Below are positions 49,289-57,566 of a stretch of DNA of 64,000 nucleotides, piece after piece. The notes beneath the pieces were generated by a model. That model saw only the letters and a list, made by a program, of their open reading frames with translations, searched no databases and was not told the DNA's origin. This DNA comes from Candidatus Taenariivivens baikalensis (GTDB lineage: Bacteria > Omnitrophota > Omnitrophia > Omnitrophales > Aquincolibacteriaceae), in contig SICL01000001.1 in assembly GCA_009691445.1 (NCBI GenBank), positions 65,738-129,737 of the forward strand. The letters are read 5' to 3'. The translations under genes and the position numbers were made by a program. The stretch's first letter is position 1; each line of letters begins with the position of its first letter.

Positions 49289-50815
49289 CTAGATTGAAAA
49301 AAAATGACCCAACGTCTGTTTGCATTGACGCGTGAAAATCAGCCAGTGAATCCTTATTTCTTCCGCAAAACATTCCAAGGCCTTTGAAATATTTCCCTGC
49401 CGCAGATAAACAGCTGCTAGTAGGGCATAAGTACGCGGCTTATGCCATCCCATCCGTAAGGCCTCACGGAGCTCTTTCCTCGCCTCTTCATAATTGCCCT
49501 CATGCAACTGGCATTCCGCAATACCTAAATGGGTTTGCGGATCAGTGGAATCAGACCGCATGGCCTTCAGAAGATGCTCAAGAGCCTTTCGATGATGGCT
49601 ACATCCTAAATGAATTTCTCCCAGATGGCGATGGGCCGACGCATGATCGGGATATTGAGCAATGACTTCCAAATATTTGGCGGCCGCCTTCCGCCACTCC
49701 TTGCGTCTCGATAAATACAAAGCCTCCCCCATCTTTGGCCAAGCCTCGTGCTGTAGAAGCTGACCCATTCTGGAGTATTCTTGATAGGCTTCCGTATACC
49801 GGCCCGCCTCTTCATAGTGGAGCGCAAAACAACTATCACTTGTGCGAAATTCAGGATCAATCAATGCGGCTTGTTCATAGACCAAGCGGGCCTCGTCAAG
49901 TCGCTTTTCTTCCCACAAGAGATTGGCTTTAAGAAAAAGTCGGGTCGCTTCAAAAATCCCTTCACTGTGAAAATGCTCCAAGGCCTTTTGGGTTTGTCCT
50001 GATTGCCCCTGAGAAAGCTGGAGCCATATTTGCTTAAGATGATGATAAGCTTCCGGCAGTGGGCGTCCTTGCGAAAGTTCGCAAAGAGTCACGCCGAAAA
50101 ATTTCATCAGGATGGGCGTGAAACCACCACGCACGGAGTGTGATACCGCAGTCAGCGATGCACGAATCCCCTTTTCCTGAAGCTTTCGATAAAACTCTTC
50201 GGGCCAAATCCAGGGTAATGATCGAAGCATCAGGGACGGTTTTGGGAGTTTTGAAATGGATCGAGCGGCAAAGTAATCCACATCAATATTTAAAAGCACC
50301 GGCTCTTCAATGACCGGCATTTCTTCCAGGGATGCAACAATCGTTTCCACGCCCCAAAAAGAGGTGCGAAATACGCCCCCTTCAACACGGGGATAATCCA
50401 TCGGGCCCATTTTTATTTTATAAAGATCTAGAAGATTTTGCCAGATCTCGAATTTAAGATGCGGCGATTTCCATTGGGGATCAGGCACAACCCAATACCA
50501 TTTCCGAACCATCTTTTCTTGAAAGACCCGGGATAAATAATTTCCTATATGAATTCGATGATGAAGACGTGGTGTAACTGTCCAGCCTTGGGGGGAAATA
50601 AGCTTTTGACCCACTTCCTGAAGGGTCGAAGCATCCAAGCAGCTTAGAGGTTGTTTATCTGAAATCCACTGAAAATCGGGGTGTTGATCAAAATGGACGA
50701 GGATAGCTTGATAAACCCCGCGTGCTTTCCACAACTGATAAACTTCATCATGATCGTCAACTAGATCAACCTGCGGGGAATTTGGAGGACAAGAAATTCC
50801 TGGAACGGAGTTCAT
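49289..50815 (-). CDS. UPF0489-like (arginase/deacetylase-fold-like) N-terminal domain fused to TPR repeats
   Basis: N-terminus carries 'ILVHFDQHPDF' and 'LLNIDVDYFA', reminiscent of the H-x-D / D-x-D metal motifs of arginase-fold and UPF0489 proteins. The C-terminal ~200 aa are TPR repeats. Confidence 0.45.
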   Translation of the reverse strand: MNSVPGISCPPNSPQVDLVDDHDEVYQLWKARGVYQAILVHFDQHPDFQWISDKQPLSCLDASTLQEVGQKLISPQGWTVTPRLHHRIHIGNYLSRVFQEKMVRKWYWVVPDPQWKSPHLKFEIWQNLLDLYKIKMGPMDYPRVEGGVFRTSFWGVETIVASLEEMPVIEEPVLLNIDVDYFAARSISKLPKPSLMLRSLPWIWPEEFYRKLQEKGIRASLTAVSHSVRGGFTPILMKFFGVTLCELSQGRPLPEAYHHLKQIWLQLSQGQSGQTQKALEHFHSEGIFEATRLFLKANLLWEEKRLDEARLVYEQAALIDPEFRTSDSCFALHYEEAGRYTEAYQEYSRMGQLLQHEAWPKMGEALYLSRRKEWRKAAAKYLEVIAQYPDHASAHRHLGEIHLGCSHHRKALEHLLKAMRSDSTDPQTHLGIAECQLHEGNYEEARKELREALRMGWHKPRTYALLAAVYLRQGNISKALECFAEEIRIHWLIFTRQCKQTLGHFFSI

Positions 50816-51108
50816 TCCGAAGAAATAGCTTTTATTTCAACAAGCTGAGATAAAAGAACTTCGAGATCCGTATTTATAGTCTGAGGCGAAACGTCAAACA
50901 CACCAAGCAGCTCTTCACGAATGTCACTGACTTTCTTCTTCCCATCAATCGCATCCCACACCACTGCCCCCATTTCGTTGAGAGAATAAATACTGTTAAC
51001 ATTTTCCAGATGGCGTTGTAGCGGGATGAGGACAATTTCCCCTGCAATTTTTCGGGCCACAAAATCGGGGCTTTTCTTGAAAAGTGAATCGTTAGTTTCA
51101 TTTATCAT
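50812..51108 (-). CDS. PqqD-family protein (RRE-type) copy 2
   Basis: About 98 aa; 'FVARKIAGEIVLIPLQRHLENVNSIYSLNEMGAVVWDAIDGKKKVSDIREELLGVFDVSPQTINTDLEVLLSQLVEIKAI'. Start set at the ATG at 51108. The TTG-extended ORF to 51198 would run through its own promoter. Confidence 0.75.
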   Translation of the reverse strand: MINETNDSLFKKSPDFVARKIAGEIVLIPLQRHLENVNSIYSLNEMGAVVWDAIDGKKKVSDIREELLGVFDVSPQTINTDLEVLLSQLVEIKAISSE

Positions 51109-51114
51109 GAGGAG

Positions 51115-51143
51115 ATTATAGGAACGGATGCAGGAATCGTCAA
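51115..51143 (-). promoter_or_regulatory. Putative sigma70 promoter TTGACG-N17-TATAAT for the pqqD2 operon (near-leaderless)
   Basis: Minus-strand -35 at 51143..51138 and -10 at 51120..51115. The -10 ends 6 nt before the ATG at 51108. Confidence 0.5.
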
Positions 51144-51163
51144 CAAAAGAGACAGCAATGTCT

Positions 51164-51192
51164 TTGAGAACTGCCGGCGGTAGTGCTAAAAT
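51164..51192 (+). promoter_or_regulatory. Putative sigma70 promoter TTGAGA-N17-(TG)TAAAAT for the nine-gene plus-strand operon
   Basis: -35 at 51164..51169, extended -10 TGcTAAAAT at 51184..51192, about 36-nt leader to the ATG at 51236. Confidence 0.5.
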
Positions 51193-51235
51193 GCGCAAGC
51201 AATTAATCCTAAATACGTGATGGATTCATAAGACT

Positions 51236-52087
51236 ATGACACTAATGATCGCGTCTCCTAATACATTCATGCGTTTCACCACAGATGGATCCAGCATGGG
51301 GGATTTTATCCAGGCGGGTGATGAACTCATCGCTAAACGTCTTTTTTCTCAGGACTATCACCTAGGAGATGTCCTCGTCTTCATGCATCCTGAACTTGAA
51401 AAACCCGTCGCCCACCGATTGCGGTGGAAGAAAAAAACGGGTCAGTCAGAGTGGGTTTTCTGTCTTTCCGGCGATTCCCATCCTCTTAGGTACGAATGGA
51501 TTCATGAGGATTTTATCAGAGGTCGGGTTGAACTGATTCTGAAAAAAAGTAGTAAAAAACTGCCCGCAGAATTTATCGTGAAGAATAATCTCTACACCCA
51601 TTGGATTTCCTTTATTCCGCATTGGATAGCCCATCAACTTAAAATCCTACTGATTCAAGGGCTTGAATTTTTTCAATCTCTGCCGGTTTCGCGCCATATT
51701 CTGGGCAAGATGCTTGGCTCGAAGGCGCGTTTTACTCACTATGATCATCTTAGCCATTTGGCGGTTGAGGCTAAGGTTTTTGGTAAATACGCAGGACGTG
51801 GACATCTCGTCTTTAATGCAAGCGAGGGGCCGGAGATTGTAAATCTTGAAGTCCGATCCCGATTCCAGGGGCTGGGCATTGGGAAGAAACTTCTTCATTT
51901 TTTAATTAACGAAGCCAAAAGCCGGAAAGCCACCCGCCTTTTCCTTTCTGTCTGGAATCAAAGCACACCGGCCTTACACCTTTATGAATCCGTCGGATTC
52001 CGAGCCATTCGCGAAGAAATGCTTCCTAGCGTCCGATGGCCCACACCTCGCTGCATGATAAAAATGGAGCTCCAGCTGGCTTCATGA
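51236..52087 (+). CDS. Peptidase S24/S26-like (LexA/signal-peptidase fold) domain fused to GNAT N-acetyltransferase
   Basis: N-terminal 'DGSSMGDFIQAGDELIAKRL...GDVLVF' fits the S24 'GDSM...GD.v.v' motif. C-terminal 'RFQGLGIGKKLL...RLFLSVWNQSTPALHLYESVGF' is a GNAT motif A. Confidence 0.65.
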   Translation: MTLMIASPNTFMRFTTDGSSMGDFIQAGDELIAKRLFSQDYHLGDVLVFMHPELEKPVAHRLRWKKKTGQSEWVFCLSGDSHPLRYEWIHEDFIRGRVELILKKSSKKLPAEFIVKNNLYTHWISFIPHWIAHQLKILLIQGLEFFQSLPVSRHILGKMLGSKARFTHYDHLSHLAVEAKVFGKYAGRGHLVFNASEGPEIVNLEVRSRFQGLGIGKKLLHFLINEAKSRKATRLFLSVWNQSTPALHLYESVGFRAIREEMLPSVRWPTPRCMIKMELQLAS

Positions 52088-53223
52088 CATCCGACACCGA
52101 ATCCTTACCCGTTTCTATATTGATGCAGGATCCATCTCGAGAAATTCTACAATCGTTTTTTTTTCCAACGGAGCGTGCGTGGGAAAATTCAATATTCAGT
52201 GGCGATTTTCTGATGGCAGAGGTAAAAAAACAAAAACTTGCTCTTCTTTTTCACTCGCTGGTTACGGTAAATTCCTCCTTGAAAAATAGTTTATCTCAAG
52301 ATCATCTTATTTGGCTCAAACATAACTACTACACAGCCCTTGAAAAGGTAACACTCCAGCAGGAAGCCATCAAAGAACTGCTTCACACCTTCCAAGAAAA
52401 CAATCTCCCCGTCATCCTTCTTCGGGGACAGTCCTTGGGACTTTTTTATTATCCGGATGCGGCATTGCGTCCGGCCTGGGATGTCGATATCCTCATTCAC
52501 CCCCAGGATCTCGCTCGCTGCGGGGATATCTGCAGCCAGTTAGGACTCGTGCGCCGGGAAGCGCATGGTGAAATAGGTTTTTTTAGAAATAGTGGGATTC
52601 AATTCCATTTGGATGTGCATACAGATCTTTGGTATGAATCCCAGGAAAATACTCTCTGGGAACGCTGCCTCCAAAAGGATTTTCTCGGCCAACCCTGCCT
52701 CATCTTGGGCCCTGAGGACCACGTGATTCACATCGTGGCCCATTCCGTGATGCATCACGGGCGTTTTTCGCTTCATGACGCTGTGGACCTCGCACTTATT
52801 ATTCGTAAAGAAGAACACCTTGATTGGACACAAATCCATCGGACGGTCAGAGGGACGCACCTGAGCGCAGTTATTTACTACGCTCTGAACAAAATTTCTG
52901 CGTGGACGAGTATCAAGATTCCCGATGCCTTGCTTTCCCCATTTAAACCGACGGGTGCCTCGGCCTGGCAGATTCCTTTCTATGAGCGTATCATTCGTTC
53001 ATATGACCGCCCATTTGTTGGACATTTTCTGCGTCCTTTTTGTATTCAAGGATGGCGGGGGAAAAAAAACTTTGTTCTGAACTATCTCTTCCCATCTTCT
53101 GAGTTTATTCGTCAGCGCTACTCGGCGCCGCATATGTTTTCAGTTGCGTGGTGGCGATTTGTTCGCCCGCTCACTCTGTGTTACAAAAGCCTGGGATTTC
53201 TCGTCAGATGTCTTCTACAATGA
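52084..53223 (+). CDS. Pol-beta-superfamily nucleotidyltransferase-like protein (NTP_transf_5/PF14907-like)
   Basis: 'LRGQSLGLFYYPDAALRPAWDVDILI' matches the minimal NTase motif hG[GS]-x(9-14)-DhDh. About 380 aa. ATGA overlap with the upstream gene. Confidence 0.55.
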   Translation: MTSDTESLPVSILMQDPSREILQSFFFPTERAWENSIFSGDFLMAEVKKQKLALLFHSLVTVNSSLKNSLSQDHLIWLKHNYYTALEKVTLQQEAIKELLHTFQENNLPVILLRGQSLGLFYYPDAALRPAWDVDILIHPQDLARCGDICSQLGLVRREAHGEIGFFRNSGIQFHLDVHTDLWYESQENTLWERCLQKDFLGQPCLILGPEDHVIHIVAHSVMHHGRFSLHDAVDLALIIRKEEHLDWTQIHRTVRGTHLSAVIYYALNKISAWTSIKIPDALLSPFKPTGASAWQIPFYERIIRSYDRPFVGHFLRPFCIQGWRGKKNFVLNYLFPSSEFIRQRYSAPHMFSVAWWRFVRPLTLCYKSLGFLVRCLLQ

Positions 53224-54047
53224 TCACGAATGATCACGACATTCAAATCATGACTCTCATGCCGCATGCCATTGAAGCGAAAAATTTGTCCAAGACTTTT
53301 AAGCATCGCGTTCCATTCGCCCCTTTTGGATCTCGTATTCCCCCCAATACCACGATCGCACTTCGTGAGTTTAATCTGACAATCAAGGCAGGAGAAATAT
53401 TTGCTCTCCTGGGTCCAAATGGTGCAGGAAAAACGACGCTCCTCAAGATTCTGAGTCATCTGGTAATTCCTGATGCTGGAGTTGCGCTCATTTATGGCCA
53501 CTCCTTCAAAACGCACGCAATGCGAATCAAAACCCTGGTCAGCTTGCTTTTAGGCGAGGAACGTAGCTTTTACTGGCGCCTTACTGGGAGGCAAAACCTT
53601 GAATTTTTCGCTGCCCTTTATGAGATAAAGCCTAAAGAAATCGCACTGAAAATCCTTCAAGTTGAAAAACTTTTTGAGCTGGAAAGTCTGGATCAACGTT
53701 ATCAGGAATATTCTTCGGGGATGAAACAAAGACTTGCTCTGGCAAGGTGTTTCTTAAGCCAGGCGAAACTTATTTTGATGGATGAGCCCACTCGAAATCT
53801 GGATCCGAATAACGCCGAAAAATTCAGGAGCCTCATAAAAACCTATCTTCAAGAAAGACCCGATCACACATTTTTTTTTACAACGCATAACACTCAGGAG
53901 GCAGAGTATCTTGCCCACCGGATCGGCATTTTGGATCACGGCGTTCTTCAAGCCTGTGGTTCTTTGGACGAACTACGTCATTTAATCAATAATCCAAACG
54001 CGTCACTCGATGAGATCTTTCATAACTTCACACGGAAAAAATCATGA
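53220..54047 (+). CDS. ABC transporter ATP-binding protein (ABC-2/DrrA-Wzt-like)
   Basis: Walker A 'GPNGAGKTT', signature 'YSSGMKQRL', Walker B 'ILMDEPT'. Confidence 0.9.
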   Translation: MITNDHDIQIMTLMPHAIEAKNLSKTFKHRVPFAPFGSRIPPNTTIALREFNLTIKAGEIFALLGPNGAGKTTLLKILSHLVIPDAGVALIYGHSFKTHAMRIKTLVSLLLGEERSFYWRLTGRQNLEFFAALYEIKPKEIALKILQVEKLFELESLDQRYQEYSSGMKQRLALARCFLSQAKLILMDEPTRNLDPNNAEKFRSLIKTYLQERPDHTFFFTTHNTQEAEYLAHRIGILDHGVLQACGSLDELRHLINNPNASLDEIFHNFTRKKS

Positions 54048-54853
54048 ACTGGAATACGATCATCGCTTTTTTTCGGCGCGACTACTTAGAACGAGCAACC
54101 TATAAGAGCGCCTTTTTCCTGGAGCTGGGAGGAATTCTTGCCAACCTCATTACGTTTTATTATATTCAAAAACTGTTTATCACTGCCCACCCAGCAGCCC
54201 TTCAGCCTTATGGCGGAGATTATTTCGCATTTGTTCTCATCGGGCTTGCTTTTTCAGGGTATCAATCCACAGCCCTAAACAGCTTCTCAACCGCCTTACG
54301 GCAAGAACAAATGCAGGGTACTCTGGAAGCAATCCTGTTAACTCCAACACGCATTGAGACCGTCATGCTGGCGGGATCAATCTGGAATTTTTTAGTCACC
54401 ACCTTGAAAATTCTAGCTCATCTGATGCTCGGTGTTGTATTTTTCCACCTTGATTTGTCTAAAATGAATTTACTTTCGGTGATTGTTACCTTGATTTTTA
54501 CGATTATTTCTTTGAGCAGTCTTGGGCTTTTCTCAGCCGGTTATACTTTGGTCCATCAAAAAGGTGACCCTGTCAATTTCGTCATTAATGCCGCCTCCCG
54601 TTTTTTCTCCGGGGTATATTTTCCCATCACTATGCTGCCCATTGGCCTTCAGTATGTTGCAAAGATTATTCCCCTCACACATGCATTGAACGCAATGCGT
54701 GACAGCCTTCTCAGAGGTTATTCGTTAACTCAAATTCATTCCGATCTTCTGTGGCTTATCCTATTCTCATTGATTCTCTTCCCTTCCGGAATTTTTTATT
54801 TTTATAAGTCTGTGGAAAAAGCAAAAAAAGAAGGGACGCTCATTTTTTATTAA
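54044..54853 (+). CDS. ABC-2 type transporter permease
   Basis: 269 aa, six predicted TM helices. ATGA overlap with the ATPase. Confidence 0.8.
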   Translation: MNWNTIIAFFRRDYLERATYKSAFFLELGGILANLITFYYIQKLFITAHPAALQPYGGDYFAFVLIGLAFSGYQSTALNSFSTALRQEQMQGTLEAILLTPTRIETVMLAGSIWNFLVTTLKILAHLMLGVVFFHLDLSKMNLLSVIVTLIFTIISLSSLGLFSAGYTLVHQKGDPVNFVINAASRFFSGVYFPITMLPIGLQYVAKIIPLTHALNAMRDSLLRGYSLTQIHSDLLWLILFSLILFPSGIFYFYKSVEKAKKEGTLIFY

Positions 54854-54854
54854 T

Positions 54855-56243
54855 ATGAAACGCTCGGTCATCATTTTTGGCGCAGGCGTGTCCGGACTTA
54901 CACTGGGCTGGAAACTTGCAAAGCAGAATTATCAGGTCCGAATCCTGGAAGCTTCCTCTCAAGTCGGCGGATTGGCTGGAACCATTCGTCAGAAGGGTTA
55001 CTGCTTGGATTTTGGACCCCATTCATTTTTTACCGACGACGAAGAAATCTCCAAAATTTTTCATCATCTTTTTCCTTCTCCGTTGCCTCCTCTTAGCCGA
55101 CGGGTCCGGTTTCGTTATCAGGGGAAATACCTGGACTACCCTCTCACCGCACAAAGTGTTCTCTTTCAAATGGGACTGCACCAGGGATTGAAAGCTTTGG
55201 GAAGTTTTCTGATAACTCGGTTTGCGCCCAGCAAGGAACCGCCCCTTCATGAGCAAAGTGTAAAGGATTGGGCGGTTCGTCACTTTGGTCGACACCTGTA
55301 TGAAACATTTTTTAAGCCCTACACCGAGCAGTTCTGGAAAATTCCTGCCGAGGATCTCTCAGCACAGTCGATTCCCACCAGCACTCGAACTGGTTTTTTT
55401 AAAGCATTACACCTGATGCTGCAAAAAAATAGTCCCGGTAAGAATCCGTCTCTCATGGAACGGGAGACTCTACCGACATTTTATCCCTCAACCGGATATG
55501 GCGAACTCCCTGAAAGAATTCTAGCAGAGTTTTTGCGGGCTGGCGGTAAGCTCGTTCTTGATTCGAAAGTCACGGGACTCGAGCATCTTCCGTCCAATGA
55601 ATTCCGCATTGAAACGGTTGAGAACCAGACTATCACAAATTACTTGGCTGACATTGTTGTTTCAACGATTCCCCTACCCGTGTTAATCCAAACCCTTGAA
55701 CCCGCCGTTTCCCCTGAGGTCCGCGATGCCGCAAATCGCCTCAAATACCGACCGCTAATCGTTCTAGGCTTAATGACTTCAAAGCAAAAGGTCCTTAGGG
55801 ATTGGATGTACGTTTACTTCCTTGACCGTTCCTACAACCGCATTTTTGAAACGTCCCAATTTAGCTCGTCCGCATGCCCGCCTGGTAAAAATTTGCTCGC
55901 CCTTGAAATCCCTTGTTCATTTCAAGATCCGCTGTATTGCGCAACGGCGGAGGATCTCCTGGAAAAGGTCCTTCCGGATCTTCACCGTGATGGCTTGCTT
56001 GAACGGGGGGATATTGAAGGGATGATGCTTGTAAAATCCAAGTACGCCTATCCGATCTATCACCTGGAATACCGCAAGCATCTGGCACTCGTGCATCAGT
56101 ACCTATCCAGCATTCCGAATCTTCATATTCTGGGACGCACAGGAGAATTTAGGTATATGGATGCAGATCGGTGCATGCGGTTCGCCTTGGAACTCTTTGG
56201 AAAAATTGATCAACATCAACCCGATAAACTTCCTTCGTATTAA
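54855..56243 (+). CDS. FAD/NAD(P)-binding amine-oxidase/protoporphyrinogen-oxidase-like oxidoreductase
   Basis: 'IIFGAGVSGLTLGWKLA...LEASSQVGGLAGT' dinucleotide-binding motif; 462 aa. Confidence 0.7.
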   Translation: MKRSVIIFGAGVSGLTLGWKLAKQNYQVRILEASSQVGGLAGTIRQKGYCLDFGPHSFFTDDEEISKIFHHLFPSPLPPLSRRVRFRYQGKYLDYPLTAQSVLFQMGLHQGLKALGSFLITRFAPSKEPPLHEQSVKDWAVRHFGRHLYETFFKPYTEQFWKIPAEDLSAQSIPTSTRTGFFKALHLMLQKNSPGKNPSLMERETLPTFYPSTGYGELPERILAEFLRAGGKLVLDSKVTGLEHLPSNEFRIETVENQTITNYLADIVVSTIPLPVLIQTLEPAVSPEVRDAANRLKYRPLIVLGLMTSKQKVLRDWMYVYFLDRSYNRIFETSQFSSSACPPGKNLLALEIPCSFQDPLYCATAEDLLEKVLPDLHRDGLLERGDIEGMMLVKSKYAYPIYHLEYRKHLALVHQYLSSIPNLHILGRTGEFRYMDADRCMRFALELFGKIDQHQPDKLPSY

Positions 56244-56288
56244 TCATCTTTACTTTAAATAAAAACCGTTATTAAATGTCTTGCGATC

Positions 56289-57566
56289 ATGACAAAAAAT
56301 CTGATATCCCCTGCAGAAAAAAGGAAATCCTTCGGTAAAGATAGAGTAACCGCCTGCCGCATCTGCCAGTCTCAAATTATTCCCTTTATCAACTTCGGAA
56401 ATATGCCCCTCGCCAATGGTTTTCTTACACCCGCACAGTTCGCAGAGGAATACTTCTATCCTCTTGAATGCTCTGTCTGCAGTTCGTGCTGGATGGTTCA
56501 ACTCAGCCATCAACCTGACCCGGAGTGGATGTTCCATTCCAACTACCCTTTTTTTACGGGAACTTCCCAGCGAATGTCGAATCATTTCAGGGCCCTGGCC
56601 GATACGATCATGTCCCACTATCTGGATCAGCAGAAGGATCCCTTCATTCTAGAGATCGGAAGTAATGACGGTACTTTCTTGAAACATTTCAGCAAAAAGA
56701 GTATTCGCACACTCGGGATCGAGCCCTCGGCCAGCGTTGCTGAACGTTCCCGGAATTTAGGAATCCCCACACTTCAGAAGTTTTTTGACGCGGAAGTCGC
56801 CGAATCGATTTTAAAAGAGCATGGTCAACCGCACGTCATTTATGCGGCAAATGCCTTGTGTCATATCCCAGATCTTGCGGGTACTTTTGAGGCGATTCAA
56901 AAGCTTATGCACCCCCAGGGGATTTTAATTTTCGAAGATCCATATTTGCCTTCCGTCCTGGAAAAGACGGCATACGATCAAATTTACGATGAACACGTTT
57001 ACCTTTTTTCGCTGCATTCGGTTAGCAACCTCGCAAAACGCTATGGCTTTGAAGTCTTCGATGCACAGCAGCTTGATACGCACGGTGGCTCGATGCGCTA
57101 CTTTCTGTCCCGCCAGGCCCGCAAACAGCTTTATGACGATCTTTGGTCCTTAACCGTGTCAGAAAAAAACTTTCATCTTGATGAGATAGCGACTTACATG
57201 AAATTTTCTGGCGCCTGTGAAACGTCCCGAACTACTTTGAAATCACTCCTGCTAAACCTAAAGCAAGAGGGGAAATCCATCGCGGGTTATGCCGCCACTT
57301 CCAAAAGCACAACCGTTCTCAACTATTGCGGCATTGACAAGTCTCTCATTGATTTTATTGCCGACTCCACGCCAGAAAAACAAGGCAAGCTTACACCTGG
57401 ATCTCATATCCCTATTGTTTCGCCGGACTATTTCCAATCCAACTACCCCGATTACGCCCTTCTTTTTGGTTGGAATCATTTAGAAGAAATTTCCGGGAAA
57501 GAACAAACGTTCCAGAAGGCTGGAGGCCGGTGGATTGTTTACGTACCTAAAGTGCAAGTTATATGA
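56289..57566 (+). CDS. Sugar C-methyltransferase family protein (TylC3/NovU-like: Zn-ribbon + class I SAM MTase + C-terminal domain)
   Basis: N-terminal CxxC...CxxC ('CRICQSQ...CSVCSSC') and 'ILEIGSNDGTFL' SAM motif I. At 425 aa it is typical of NDP-hexose C-methyltransferases. Confidence 0.6.
   Translation: MTKNLISPAEKRKSFGKDRVTACRICQSQIIPFINFGNMPLANGFLTPAQFAEEYFYPLECSVCSSCWMVQLSHQPDPEWMFHSNYPFFTGTSQRMSNHFRALADTIMSHYLDQQKDPFILEIGSNDGTFLKHFSKKSIRTLGIEPSASVAERSRNLGIPTLQKFFDAEVAESILKEHGQPHVIYAANALCHIPDLAGTFEAIQKLMHPQGILIFEDPYLPSVLEKTAYDQIYDEHVYLFSLHSVSNLAKRYGFEVFDAQQLDTHGGSMRYFLSRQARKQLYDDLWSLTVSEKNFHLDEIATYMKFSGACETSRTTLKSLLLNLKQEGKSIAGYAATSKSTTVLNYCGIDKSLIDFIADSTPEKQGKLTPGSHIPIVSPDYFQSNYPDYALLFGWNHLEEISGKEQTFQKAGGRWIVYVPKVQVI

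Noticed and set aside
50812-51198. 128-aa TTG-initiated version of PqqD copy 2 from the ORF track
   Set aside because: The extra 30 codons would read through the gene's own near-consensus promoter and into the divergent promoter. PqqD/RRE proteins are typically ~90-100 aa, and an ATG with an upstream TATAAT exists at 51108.
51128-51220. 30-aa plus-strand ORF (MQESSTKETAMSLRTAGGSAKMRKQLILNT) in the divergent intergenic region, considered as a possible RiPP precursor
   Set aside because: It begins upstream of the predicted plus-strand TSS and spans both the -35 and -10 elements. It has no SD. It is largely the antisense shadow of the spurious TTG-extended pqqD2 ORF. It has no Gly-rich or Cys/Ser/Thr-rich core typical of precursors.
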